Source of the DNA: a bacterium
GTDB taxonomy: Bacteria > Bacteroidota > Ignavibacteria > Palsa-1295
DNA: 64,000 nt
Assembly (NCBI GenBank): GCA_037143335.1
Contig: JBAWZA010000010.1
Location: 25,326-89,325, forward strand
Direction: 5' to 3'
Made by a program: the position numbers and the translations under genes
The notes under the pieces: generated by a model
Database searches by the model: none
Told to the model about the DNA's origin: nothing
The model's input: the letters and a program-made list of their open reading frames with translations, nothing else
In this document: positions 46,681-56,203 of the stretch, in pieces
How the letters are laid out: each line of letters starts with the position of its first letter
How positions within the stretch are numbered: the stretch's first letter is position 1

Positions 46681-47403
46681 TTAGTCAATAACTTCTTCCG
46701 GCGCGAGATAGGCGGCTTCGGATGAAGTTCTTGAAAATGTTTTCCGTTGAGTTTTATTTTTGCATAGTACATGCTTCTGAGTAATCGGAACAGCGAAGAG
46801 ACGTTGCTTCTCAATGAGTTCGCCACAAATCACACAAATACCATACGTTCCACGATTGATACGTTCAATCGCTTCGTCTAACTTTTTGATGTAGTCACTT
46901 GTACGCTGTGCTTGGAGAAAATGTTTTTCACGTTCCATCGCGTCCGAGCCTTGTTCTGCGGTGTGAAGAGCGAATGATTGATTCTCGCCATCAAACTCAC
47001 CGGAGGTATCCATGAGCTGTTGAGAGATAATATCAAATTCTTCACTGGCTTCACTACGCTGCTCAAGAATTACCTTCGTGAACATGTCAAGATCTTTAGC
47101 ATTGTATCTAACCTTTGAATTCGCAACGACATCATTATCATTTGCTGTCAGTTGCATGGGAGCAAGATTCTTTACAGGTTTCTTAGCGGATTCTTTCACT
47201 GTTTTGGTAGTAGAGTTAATTGGTTTAGGAGTGCTTTTGGCGACGACCTTCTTCTGAACGACTTTCTTGGCAACGACTTTCTTCACCACTTTTATAGGGG
47301 CAGGTTTAGAAGCTGTTTTCTTTGCAGCAATTTTTGTTGCTGGGGTAGATTTTTTTACTGTTTTAGCTTTGGTTTTCGCTGTTTTTTTTGTGGTCTTTGC
47401 CAT
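46681..47403 (-). CDS. DksA/TraR-family zinc-finger protein fused to an 80-aa histone-H1-like Lys/Ala-rich N-terminus
   Basis: C-terminal coiled-coil plus GICVICGELIEKQRL...C finger region. N-terminal AKTKAKTVKK... repeats. Confidence 0.55.
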   Translation of the reverse strand: MAKTTKKTAKTKAKTVKKSTPATKIAAKKTASKPAPIKVVKKVVAKKVVQKKVVAKSTPKPINSTTKTVKESAKKPVKNLAPMQLTANDNDVVANSKVRYNAKDLDMFTKVILEQRSEASEEFDIISQQLMDTSGEFDGENQSFALHTAEQGSDAMEREKHFLQAQRTSDYIKKLDEAIERINRGTYGICVICGELIEKQRLFAVPITQKHVLCKNKTQRKTFSRTSSEAAYLAPEEVID

Positions 47404-47513
47404 AAAACTCCTTAATGAAAATGAGTAACGCCGTTCAACAAAGTTGGTACGAAAATGCTCCCCATCATTTATACGACTTCCGTCCTTTTGTGTTATCGTG
47501 AATCACAAACAGC

Positions 47514-48485
47514 CTACGCATCCGCAAGGGTAGGCGATTCGATTTCGTCGTCTTGTTCGAGTTCTTTCTTGGCAAGAGCGAGTTCAGGGAAACACTTCTC
47601 ATCGGCGATGGACTTAGCCAAGTATTCAGCCCAGTTTGTTTCGCCGGTGCCTCTGGGAGCTTTGGCAAGGTGTTTTGCGGCTGAGCGTAGATGAGCGGTT
47701 TTCCAGCCGATGATCAATAGATCTAGCTTAATACATTCATCCGCTAAATCACGTAAGCGCGAAGCACTCGCAGATGAAAATTGAAGGAACTGCGAATAAA
47801 AGTCTTTAGGATTGGTACGGCTCAGATTCAGCGTTTCGGCAACAACTTTTTCGAATGCAAACCTGAGCGAATTCGGTTCGCGCTTCCCGTACATTTCATT
47901 CAGCCAAGAGAGGTGTTTCTCTTTAAAGTTTAGTAGTGTAAGAGTCGGTTCACCAGTGGATTTATCACGCGCGGCACGCTCCCAATAGAATGTATTATCC
48001 TCGCCACGTATGGATTTACGGTCAAGACCCGTCAGAATTTCAATCGCACGGAATTGAGCGGATTGGAAACCACTCGACGCACCGAATGCTTTACGAAACT
48101 CCATGAACTCATCTGTACTCAATCCATCAATGAGCACATCGAAGCTCTGGGTGAGATGCCCAAAAATTCTATTAATTTTCACGACTGCATGAATCGCTCC
48201 GCTAATATCCGGTGGAGATAGAAGTAAGCAATTTATTGCACCCTTCATTTCGTGAAGGATAAGCCTGAACCACAGTTCGGTCTGCTGGTGATAAATCATA
48301 AACGTCAACTCGTCATGGTAAGGAGTCAACGGTTGCTGAATAGAGAGGAGTGTGTCTATCCGGATATAGTCATCATAAGTGAGTTCGCGTCGTATTGCCG
48401 CACCCTCGACATAGTCAGCTGCGCGTTCGCCATAGCGGGCTGTGAGTTTGGTAAGTGCTTCGGTAAGTTTATGGTTTTCTGGCAT
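47514..48485 (-). CDS. kynA: tryptophan 2,3-dioxygenase
   Basis: LTYDDYIRIDTLLSIQQP...HDELTFMIYHQQTELWF is typical of bacterial TDO. Confidence 0.7.
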   Translation of the reverse strand: MPENHKLTEALTKLTARYGERAADYVEGAAIRRELTYDDYIRIDTLLSIQQPLTPYHDELTFMIYHQQTELWFRLILHEMKGAINCLLLSPPDISGAIHAVVKINRIFGHLTQSFDVLIDGLSTDEFMEFRKAFGASSGFQSAQFRAIEILTGLDRKSIRGEDNTFYWERAARDKSTGEPTLTLLNFKEKHLSWLNEMYGKREPNSLRFAFEKVVAETLNLSRTNPKDFYSQFLQFSSASASRLRDLADECIKLDLLIIGWKTAHLRSAAKHLAKAPRGTGETNWAEYLAKSIADEKCFPELALAKKELEQDDEIESPTLADA

Positions 48486-48525
48486 TATTTATACATTTGT
48501 CTGTGCGGTGAGCACCTTGTCCGGA

Positions 48526-49926
48526 TTAGTAGTCGCGAACGGATAGCTCTTTGAGTTGTTCGCGGATCACTTTTAATCCGAGATCAATTTCTTCGCGGGT
48601 GATATTAAGCGCTGGACGGAAACGAATAGAGCGATCGCCACAGCCAATTACTATAAGTCCTTCGTCGTAACATTTTTGTTTGAGCACGTCGCGCATTTGC
48701 GCTTCTTCGAGTGTGAATGCGCACAGGAGTCCTAAACCCCGAGAGTTCGATACGATATTCGGAAATTCTGATTCGAATTTTTTCAATTCTGCAATGAGGT
48801 ACTCTCCCTGGATTCGTGCATTCTCGACAAGATGTTCTTCTGCTATAATTTCAAGATATTTTTGTGCGCGGATCATATCAACCAGATTTCCTCCCCAAGT
48901 CGAGTTGATACGGCTCGATTTCATAAAGACATTATCATGCGCTTCGTCTATTCTTCGTGAGGCAAGTAAACCGCAGACTTGCATCTTCTTCCCGAATGTC
49001 ATGATATCCGGTTTCACAAAGTGCTGGTGTGCCCACATCTTCCCCGTGATGCCTACACCTGTTTGCACTTCGTCAAAAATGAGTATCGCATCATTTTCAT
49101 CCGCGAGTTGCCTGAGCGATCTGAGAAATCTCTGACTAAAATGATTGTCACCACCTTCACCTTGAATTGGTTCAATGATGATTGCTGCAATTTGATCAGG
49201 GTAGTTTGTGAAGGCTTCCTTCATCTGCTTGATAGACCGATCCTCATCTATGAATGCTTGAGCTTGATTTGCATCGTTGAGAGGGAAGTGAAGAACTGGT
49301 GCGTCAATTCTTGGCCAATCCTTAAACTTGGGATAGTAGAGCGTTTTGGTTGGGTCAGTGTTTGTTAACGACAAGCCGTATCCATTACGTCCGTGGAAGG
49401 CATGTGTGAAGTGTAAGACTAAATGACCACGTTCTTGAGTATAACCCTTTACAAAGTTTTTCCGGACTTTCCAGTCGAATGCAACCTTCACAGCATTCTC
49501 GATCGCGGCACTTCCACCTTCGATCATGAACAAGTGTGGGAGATATTCAGGGATGGCGACTCGGCTAAAAGTCTCAACAAATTCTGCCATCTCGACAGTG
49601 TAGGCGTCGGAGCTTGAAGGTTTGTTTATAGCGGCACGAAGTAAGCGTTGCTTGAATGCCGAATCCAGCATTTTCGGATGATTCAATCCAACCGGTCCAG
49701 AGGCGAAGAATGTGAAAAAATCGAGAAATTTCTTGCCGGTACGAGCATCATAAATCCAGTTTCCTTGCGATTGCTCAAGATCAACCACCAAATCGAATCC
49801 GTCCACTAACATGTGTTTAGCAAGGACTTCATGCACCTTTTCTGCCTGGATGTGGACAGGTTGAGCCTCATAGACACTGAAGGTCTGGGAAGGAACAATA
49901 CTCCCTATTTCATAACTTGTTGACAT
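48526..49926 (-). CDS. lat: class-III aminotransferase, L-lysine 6-transaminase-like
   Basis: GKKFLDFFTFFASGPVGLNHP. 466 aa. PLP-lysine region. Confidence 0.65.
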   Translation of the reverse strand: MSTSYEIGSIVPSQTFSVYEAQPVHIQAEKVHEVLAKHMLVDGFDLVVDLEQSQGNWIYDARTGKKFLDFFTFFASGPVGLNHPKMLDSAFKQRLLRAAINKPSSSDAYTVEMAEFVETFSRVAIPEYLPHLFMIEGGSAAIENAVKVAFDWKVRKNFVKGYTQERGHLVLHFTHAFHGRNGYGLSLTNTDPTKTLYYPKFKDWPRIDAPVLHFPLNDANQAQAFIDEDRSIKQMKEAFTNYPDQIAAIIIEPIQGEGGDNHFSQRFLRSLRQLADENDAILIFDEVQTGVGITGKMWAHQHFVKPDIMTFGKKMQVCGLLASRRIDEAHDNVFMKSSRINSTWGGNLVDMIRAQKYLEIIAEEHLVENARIQGEYLIAELKKFESEFPNIVSNSRGLGLLCAFTLEEAQMRDVLKQKCYDEGLIVIGCGDRSIRFRPALNITREEIDLGLKVIREQLKELSVRDY

Positions 49927-50024
49927 ATTCGCGCTTGTTTTCGAGATTATTAGAACAAGTTAAAACGGCATTGCGTTTTAGTGGTATCATTTAGGATAAA
50001 CCAATCCGAGCAGTTCACCCAGTC

Positions 50025-50870
50025 ATGACACAGCAATTCATCTCACCGTGTAAAATTAATCTGGGACTTGAGGTACTTCGCAAACGAGCCGATGGGTACC
50101 ACGAACTCAACACTGTTTTTTTGAAAGTTCAAGCGCCACACGATACACTGCACATCCAAGAGTCGAATTCATTTCTTTTTACCTCTAACGACACAAATAT
50201 CCCGACGAATGATGACAATCTCGTCGTTCGGGCATTTAAACTTTGTGCGCTCGAGTCTAGTAACCAATTACCCAACGTTCATATTCACCTTGAAAAGCAG
50301 ATTCCGACAGGTGCAGGATTGGGTGGGGGTTCTGGTGATGCCGCGACTGCGATAAAGATGTATTCTTCATGTGTGAGGGAGTTAACATCAGTACAGCAAT
50401 TTGAAATTGCAAAAAGACTCGGGGCCGACGTGCCATTTTTTTTACAAGAAGACACAGCAATGGTCGCTGGTGGTATTGGTGATATTCTTACCCCGATAAC
50501 ATTTGCATTAAATCATCCTTTACTTATTGTCTCTCTTAAACAATTACCGATTTCAACTGCCGATGCGTACTCAAAGTTAAGATTGATTGAACACCGATTG
50601 CCTACTGAACTAACTAGAATTATCCAAAGCAAACCCGTTTCGGATTGGCGAGACAGAATTATCAATGATTTCGAAGAGGTCGCATTTGGGATTCATCCAA
50701 TTTTGAAACCGTTAAAAAGTTCACTATACCGCTACGGTGCTGCGTTTGCTTTGATGAGCGGGAGTGGCTCAGCGTTTTTTGCTATCTTTGAAAGTCAGGA
50801 GGTACTCATGGATGCACATGAAAAAATATTAATAGAGTATCCAAGCGCGTCCGTGTATCATTCGGTTTAG
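50025..50870 (+). CDS. ispE: 4-diphosphocytidyl-2-C-methyl-D-erythritol kinase
   Basis: PCKINLGLEV...IPTGAGLGGGSGDAA (GHMP kinase). Confidence 0.8.
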   Translation: MTQQFISPCKINLGLEVLRKRADGYHELNTVFLKVQAPHDTLHIQESNSFLFTSNDTNIPTNDDNLVVRAFKLCALESSNQLPNVHIHLEKQIPTGAGLGGGSGDAATAIKMYSSCVRELTSVQQFEIAKRLGADVPFFLQEDTAMVAGGIGDILTPITFALNHPLLIVSLKQLPISTADAYSKLRLIEHRLPTELTRIIQSKPVSDWRDRIINDFEEVAFGIHPILKPLKSSLYRYGAAFALMSGSGSAFFAIFESQEVLMDAHEKILIEYPSASVYHSV

Positions 50871-50911
50871 ATCATTCGTACCACAAACAGAATTAACAAA
50901 TCTCAGTCTAT

Positions 50912-52252
50912 ATGAAATCACTTTTTATCTCGGTTATTCTCTTCCCTGCATTTTGCTTCGCTCAAGAGGCAAAGCGGGAGTCTATTGCCTTGACGGTCTA
51001 TAATAACGACCTCGGAGTTGTTCGAGATGTTCGGTCTTTCGATTTGACCAAAGGACAGTCGCAAATCAGACTTGTTGATGTGCCTGCGCAAATCGATGCG
51101 ACTTCAGTGAAGATAACTGCACTAAAGCATCCGCAAAACTTTGAAGTGCTCGAGCAAAATTTCGAATATGATCTCATCAGCCAAGAGAAGATTCTGAATA
51201 AATTTATTGACAAACCAATTACACTCACAAATGATAAAGGTGAGAGGATCGAAGGGACACTACTCGCGTCCCAGCATTTACAGGTGTCACTCTCTTCACC
51301 ATCCGGGATACTCTTGATTCCGAATATATCTCAATACCGAATATCAGTACCGAATTTACCAGGCGGCTTAATTACACGACCTACACTACTATGGGATGTG
51401 ACTTCAAGTACTACTCTCTCAAATGAGCCACTGGAAGTGCTTTACCAAACGTCGGGAATTTCCTGGCACGCTGAGTACATCGCAAGTCTCAGTGACGATG
51501 AAAAGTCAATTGATTTGACTGGTTGGGCAAGCATTGATAATAAGTGTGGCGCAACATTTGAGAATGCGCGAGTAAAATTGGTAGCGGGTGACGTGAATGC
51601 TGTTACTCCACAGCCGACCATTCGCAGAAAGACTTTTGCAATGATGGCAGCTGATGAGACTGCTTCGGTTCAAGAACGAATCCTTGCAGAGTATCACCTC
51701 TACGACCTAGGGAGAAGCACAACGATAAAGGATAATGAAATCAAACAGTTGTCGCTTCTGAATGCTTCGAATATTACGGCCACAAAACATTATACGTATC
51801 ACGGCGACAAGAATGTGGAAGTAACTTATGATGTGATGAATTCTACAACGAATAACCTCGGAATGCCATTGCCCGCAGGTACGATACGGATGATGAAAAA
51901 AGATAAAGATGGCACATCTCAGTTCATCGGCGAAGATAGAATCACACATACCCCACGTGATGAAAAGATTACTATCAAAACAGGCAATGCTTTCGATTTG
52001 CTGGGTGAACGAACAGTTACGGAGTCGAAGAATAACGAGCATTCTACTCGACAGACAATCGTCTTGTTAGTAAAAAATAGAAAGAAAGAATCGGTTACGA
52101 TTGATGCAATCGAAAATGTTGGCGGCAATGCCGAGATAATCAAATCATCAATGGAGTACGAGAAGAAGAATGCAAATGAAATTATCTTTCATGTCCCAGT
52201 CTCAGCGGGCAGCGTTCAGAAGGTAGAATTTACTGTTTTACAAACTTGGTAG
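50912..52252 (+). CDS. DUF4139/DUF4140 (MuiA-like) secreted protein
   Basis: Signal peptide. LTVYNNDLGVVRD start and overall layout are typical of the family. Confidence 0.5.
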   Translation: MKSLFISVILFPAFCFAQEAKRESIALTVYNNDLGVVRDVRSFDLTKGQSQIRLVDVPAQIDATSVKITALKHPQNFEVLEQNFEYDLISQEKILNKFIDKPITLTNDKGERIEGTLLASQHLQVSLSSPSGILLIPNISQYRISVPNLPGGLITRPTLLWDVTSSTTLSNEPLEVLYQTSGISWHAEYIASLSDDEKSIDLTGWASIDNKCGATFENARVKLVAGDVNAVTPQPTIRRKTFAMMAADETASVQERILAEYHLYDLGRSTTIKDNEIKQLSLLNASNITATKHYTYHGDKNVEVTYDVMNSTTNNLGMPLPAGTIRMMKKDKDGTSQFIGEDRITHTPRDEKITIKTGNAFDLLGERTVTESKNNEHSTRQTIVLLVKNRKKESVTIDAIENVGGNAEIIKSSMEYEKKNANEIIFHVPVSAGSVQKVEFTVLQTW

Positions 52253-52261
52253 AATCTACGA

Positions 52262-53668
52262 TTAAACTAACGACTCAAGGTTGATTGCCTGCCCTAAGTG
52301 TGGCATTTCAACTGTCCAGTGAAGTTCAGCTTCGATCTTTGCCTTGAGTGCAATGCGTGCTTGATCTTCACCGTGAGTAAGGAAAACCTTTTTCGGAGGC
52401 TTGGGCATTGACTTTAGCCAGTCCAAAATCTCGTCCTGGTCGGCGTGTCCACTGTATGAATTCAGTGTCTGAATCCGTGCTTTCACTTCAACTTGTGCTC
52501 CGTGAATGTTCACATACTTTGCGCCTTCAAGAAGGACTCTACCAAGCGTGCCTTCGGCTTGATATCCTGTCAAAAGTACAATCGTGTCTGCATTTGGTAA
52601 ACGATTGGCGAGGTGATGCATAATCCGACCACCAGTTGCCATTCCACTTGCGCTGATAATGATTGCCGGACCAGTGAGACTATTAAGCCGCTTTGAATCT
52701 TCCACTCCTTTTGTGAATTTAAGTGATTGAAATCTCAACGGATTCTTGTCTGGCTCATTCAATTCCTCATTTGTATATATATGCTCGTCAGGGAATTTGT
52801 CATAGACGTCGGTCACTCCCGTTGCCATGGGTGAGTCAATAATTGTTTGAATGATGGGAATCTCTTCGTCGCGCATCAGTGCGTTCAAACAGAAGAGCAA
52901 CTCTTGGGAGCGATCAACCGCGAACGCAGGTATGAGCAACGTGCTCTTTGTCTTGATTGCCTCCAAGACAACGTCGCGAAGTTCGTTTTTGGGATCAATC
53001 GACTTGTGCAATCTATCTCCATAAGTTGATTCGCAAACGACGTAATCTGCTTGTGGTGCATCATCTTTAGGCTTGAGATAAATCGGACTCCGCCGGCCAA
53101 TGTCACCCGAAAAAAGGATGCTTATTGGCTCTCTGTCATCATAGCGTTTTTCGATTCTGATTGAGCACGAGCCAAGAATATGTCCAGCATTTGAATATTC
53201 GGCAGAAATATTATCCGGTAATATTTTTTTCTTGTATCTCTGAACTGGTTGAAACAGGGAGAGAGTATCTTCTGCGTCTGCAGAAGTATAGAGTGGGATT
53301 GCTGGTTTATGTCTTGACCAGCCGTGATGGTTCGCGTTCTTGGCATCCTCTTCTTGGAGTTTTGCCGAATCCCTCAAGACGTAACCAGCAATTTCTATCG
53401 TTTCCTCGGTAGCAAAAATCGGTCCTCGGTATCCATCCTTCACAACATGCGGAAGAAATCCAACATGATCCAAATGTGCATGTGTGATGAGGATATTCCC
53501 AATCGCCCCAATAGGAATTGCGAGTGGAAGTCTGTTCATTTGGCTTAGCTCTGGTGGACCTTGGAATAAACCACAGTCAAGTAAAAAGCCGCGAGAGGTT
53601 GAAGAATAGACAAAATATTTTGAACCGGTAACTTGACCAGCGGCTCCTAAAAAATGGATGTTCAGCAT
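52262..53668 (-). CDS. MBL-fold beta-CASP RNA-metabolising hydrolase
   Basis: Contains ITHAHLDH. Beta-CASP segment. 468 aa. Confidence 0.65.
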   Translation of the reverse strand: MLNIHFLGAAGQVTGSKYFVYSSTSRGFLLDCGLFQGPPELSQMNRLPLAIPIGAIGNILITHAHLDHVGFLPHVVKDGYRGPIFATEETIEIAGYVLRDSAKLQEEDAKNANHHGWSRHKPAIPLYTSADAEDTLSLFQPVQRYKKKILPDNISAEYSNAGHILGSCSIRIEKRYDDREPISILFSGDIGRRSPIYLKPKDDAPQADYVVCESTYGDRLHKSIDPKNELRDVVLEAIKTKSTLLIPAFAVDRSQELLFCLNALMRDEEIPIIQTIIDSPMATGVTDVYDKFPDEHIYTNEELNEPDKNPLRFQSLKFTKGVEDSKRLNSLTGPAIIISASGMATGGRIMHHLANRLPNADTIVLLTGYQAEGTLGRVLLEGAKYVNIHGAQVEVKARIQTLNSYSGHADQDEILDWLKSMPKPPKKVFLTHGEDQARIALKAKIEAELHWTVEMPHLGQAINLESLV

Positions 53669-53692
53669 GGCGTTCCTCCAATGTGTCTTGAA

Positions 53693-54184
53693 TTATTCTG
53701 CAGTTTTTTTCTTCCGTTTGGTCGGGACTTTGTCCTCAACTATTTCAGTTGGAGCATCACCCCAAAGCCGTTCGAGATGGTAGAACTCTCTGGCAGTTTC
53801 CTGAAAAATATGCACGACTACATCGACGAAGTCAACAATGACCCAGTTGAGTGTATCCCAGCCTTCGCTCTTCCACGGTTTGACTCCTCGTTCGCGCAAT
53901 TTATTTAAGATATTTTCTGCGATTGCTTTTACCTGCATATCACTTGAACCAGAAGCAATGACGAAATAATCTGCGAATGAGGTGATGGTACGGACATCAA
54001 GAATTTTTATATTAGTTGCTTTTTTCTCCAAACCAAACTCTGCCGCAGCCAGGGCGATGAGTTTATTTAATTCAGGCTCGGGCTTCGGCGCAGGACGCTT
54101 ACGCGGAGCCTTCGGCTTTGCAGGGGCAGTTTTTTTTGTCGCAGTCTTAGCGACAGTACTTTTCTTGGTCGGTGTCTTTGCCAT
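53693..54184 (-). CDS. rsfS: ribosome silencing factor RsfS with a Lys/Ala/Pro-rich N-terminal tail
   Basis: DYFVIASGSSDMQVKAIA...VDFVDVVVHIF core. 45-aa K/A/P-rich extension. Confidence 0.65.
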   Translation of the reverse strand: MAKTPTKKSTVAKTATKKTAPAKPKAPRKRPAPKPEPELNKLIALAAAEFGLEKKATNIKILDVRTITSFADYFVIASGSSDMQVKAIAENILNKLRERGVKPWKSEGWDTLNWVIVDFVDVVVHIFQETAREFYHLERLWGDAPTEIVEDKVPTKRKKKTAE

Positions 54185-54191
54185 TGTGAGG

Positions 54192-54704
54192 TTATTTCAT
54201 TGGGCTTGTGGTTAAATAGTCTTTTCCGATGACTACGGCAGCATCAACAAATGCATTCGAGTCCGGTTCATGAGTAATGCGCATTGGACTGATTCCGAGT
54301 GCGTAGGCGATCTTTTGTGCTGATGCCGTATCAGAAACTTTATCTATGATGAACGTATGTTCGATGTCCTTTTCTTTGTAATTAGTCATTTCGACAACAT
54401 CGAATTTTCTTGCCCTCAAAAAGTCAGTAAATATTCTTGCAACGTTGGCAGTACCTGATCCATTGAGTACATTCACTTGAATATGTTCGCCTGCTCGTAC
54501 TAACAAATCATTTCGCTCTCGGGTACTCGAAACTGGTGGCTTGATCCACATCCTGCTTATAAATTGCCAACCGAGTAAAAGTACTATGAATGCTGATGCC
54601 CCTAAGAGTAACCACATCATTAACGAACGAATTTTTTCGGAGCGACTTTTGGCCGGACTTTTCGAACGGAATGGTTTGGGGATGCGGAGTCGGAAATTTG
54701 CCAA
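54192..54704 (-). CDS. LytR_C-domain membrane protein
   Basis: TM anchor followed by a LytR cell-envelope-related C-terminal-like domain (VNVLNGSGTANVA). Confidence 0.45.
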   Translation of the reverse strand: MANFRLRIPKPFRSKSPAKSRSEKIRSLMMWLLLGASAFIVLLLGWQFISRMWIKPPVSSTRERNDLLVRAGEHIQVNVLNGSGTANVARIFTDFLRARKFDVVEMTNYKEKDIEHTFIIDKVSDTASAQKIAYALGISPMRITHEPDSNAFVDAAVVIGKDYLTTSPMK

Positions 54705-54713
54705 GTGCGACAG

Positions 54714-55205
54714 TTAACGCAGAGGTGAAAACAAACTACGGTCCGAGGCAAACGGAGAGTAGTACGATGAGTAGGGAAGTCCGTTATATTCAATCCTCAT
54801 AAAAGTATGCTCTCCCATTTTCCAATCCAGTCGAGCGCTTGAAAGGTAGATGCCATTAATGCTTTTTTGAAATTGCGTACCGAGCGTGCTAAACGGAGAA
54901 TATACTGCTGATACATCCGCAGAAATCGCCAAATTATCTGCTGTCTGGTATGCAAATGTGTTGGTGAACATTCCCAAACTCGTTGATTGCCCGCCACCAG
55001 TCATAAATGACATCGTGTAAGTTTGGTGCATACTCAATCGCATCGGGTCGAAGAGAGACGAAAAGATATTCTCGCCATGATTCGACATCGCACCAATCGT
55101 CGAAGTGGGTTTATCTTGCTCTGAAATTCCAGTCTCCGGACGGAACTGAGCCAAAGCTATACTTGCTACGAGGGAAAGAAAAACGATTATAAAAAACGTT
55201 TTCAT
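54714..55205 (-). CDS. hypothetical small secreted protein
   Basis: Signal peptide MKTFFIIVFLSLVASIALAQ. Gly/Ser/Thr-rich beta-type composition. Confidence 0.4.
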   Translation of the reverse strand: MKTFFIIVFLSLVASIALAQFRPETGISEQDKPTSTIGAMSNHGENIFSSLFDPMRLSMHQTYTMSFMTGGGQSTSLGMFTNTFAYQTADNLAISADVSAVYSPFSTLGTQFQKSINGIYLSSARLDWKMGEHTFMRIEYNGLPYSSYYSPFASDRSLFSPLR

Positions 55206-55310
55206 GAGTTTATGAATAACAGGTAATGACATACTACTGCTATATCATAATCGTAAACGAGGGAAAGAAGTTTCTGTTTCCAGATTTTCCGAACAATTCT
55301 AAAAGAAAAA

Positions 55311-55335
55311 GGCAGGTCAATATGACCTGCCTTTT
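55311..55335 (-). terminator. hairpin terminator (bidirectional)
   Basis: GGCAGGTCA-atat-GACCTGCC with T-runs on both strands. Confidence 0.55.
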
Positions 55336-55356
55336 CAAAAAATAGCGCTTTACGAC

Positions 55357-55995
55357 TTATTTGATAGTCGCGCCAGAACCTCTACGAGTTGTTCCGCCTT
55401 CGGCAGGCTTAACAGCATGTTTGGTCATATCCATCTTTGGTGCATCTGGAGGAGCAGCCTGTGTTTTGCCTGCTGTCTTCTTTGCTGGCTCAGCTTTTTC
55501 AGCCGGCTTTGAAGCGTCTGCAGGAGCAGCACCACCTAAGAAAGCTGTGATGTCAGCACCCAATTTCTTGTGAGCTTCCATGAACATGTTGCAAGAAGAA
55601 TTACCAGCGGCGATCTGAGCGTCAAGACCTGCGATAGCAGCCTTCAACTGATCATTGGTTTCTGTCTTTGCATTGTAGTAAGCATGAATGCTATCCATCA
55701 TTGCACTTGACTTCGCCATATCGTCATGCTTTTTCATTTCAGCTTTGAAGCCGTCAACCTTTGCTTGATCTGCACCAGCTTTTGCTGCTGAGTCGAGCTT
55801 AGCGGTCCACATTGCATGGTCGCCAATCATTTGCTTGCTGCCGTCTTCCATCATTTTCATGAGTTTGTCGGCATCAGCCCTTCTTGAGTTGAAATCGGCG
55901 ATCAACGCTTCATCTTTCTTTGCGCCACAGCTTGTCAAAATGAAGCTGAGTGCAACTACTGTCAGTACTGAGAGTATCGAGAGTTGTTTTTTCAT
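55357..55995 (-). CDS. hypothetical Ala/Lys-rich helical lipoprotein
   Basis: Lipobox LTSC. 212 aa. Predicted helical, with an Ala/Pro/Lys-rich C-terminus. Confidence 0.45.
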   Translation of the reverse strand: MKKQLSILSVLTVVALSFILTSCGAKKDEALIADFNSRRADADKLMKMMEDGSKQMIGDHAMWTAKLDSAAKAGADQAKVDGFKAEMKKHDDMAKSSAMMDSIHAYYNAKTETNDQLKAAIAGLDAQIAAGNSSCNMFMEAHKKLGADITAFLGGAAPADASKPAEKAEPAKKTAGKTQAAPPDAPKMDMTKHAVKPAEGGTTRRGSGATIK

Positions 55996-56045
55996 TGTAG
56001 TAAATAATTTGATTCTAAAACGCTATACAAAAATACGAAAATCCT

Positions 56046-56118
56046 GTGACCCCGGGCGGGCTCGAACCGACGACCCTCTGATTAAAAGTCAGATGCTCTA
56101 CCACTGAGCTACGGGATC
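56046..56118 (-). tRNA. tRNA-Lys (anticodon TTT)
   Basis: Reverse-complement cloverleaf. Acceptor GATCCCG. D-arm GCTC-AGTGGTA-GAGC. Anticodon stem TCTGA/TCAGA with loop CTTTTAA. T-loop TTCGAGC. One T-stem mismatch. Confidence 0.8.
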
Positions 56119-56203
56119 AAAAACGCTTTCTCAGTGTCAGATTGTTCGCCACCTTGATTGCGGGCGTATAACGCACAACAGCCTGTTCGGGTTTCGTAAA
56201 GGT

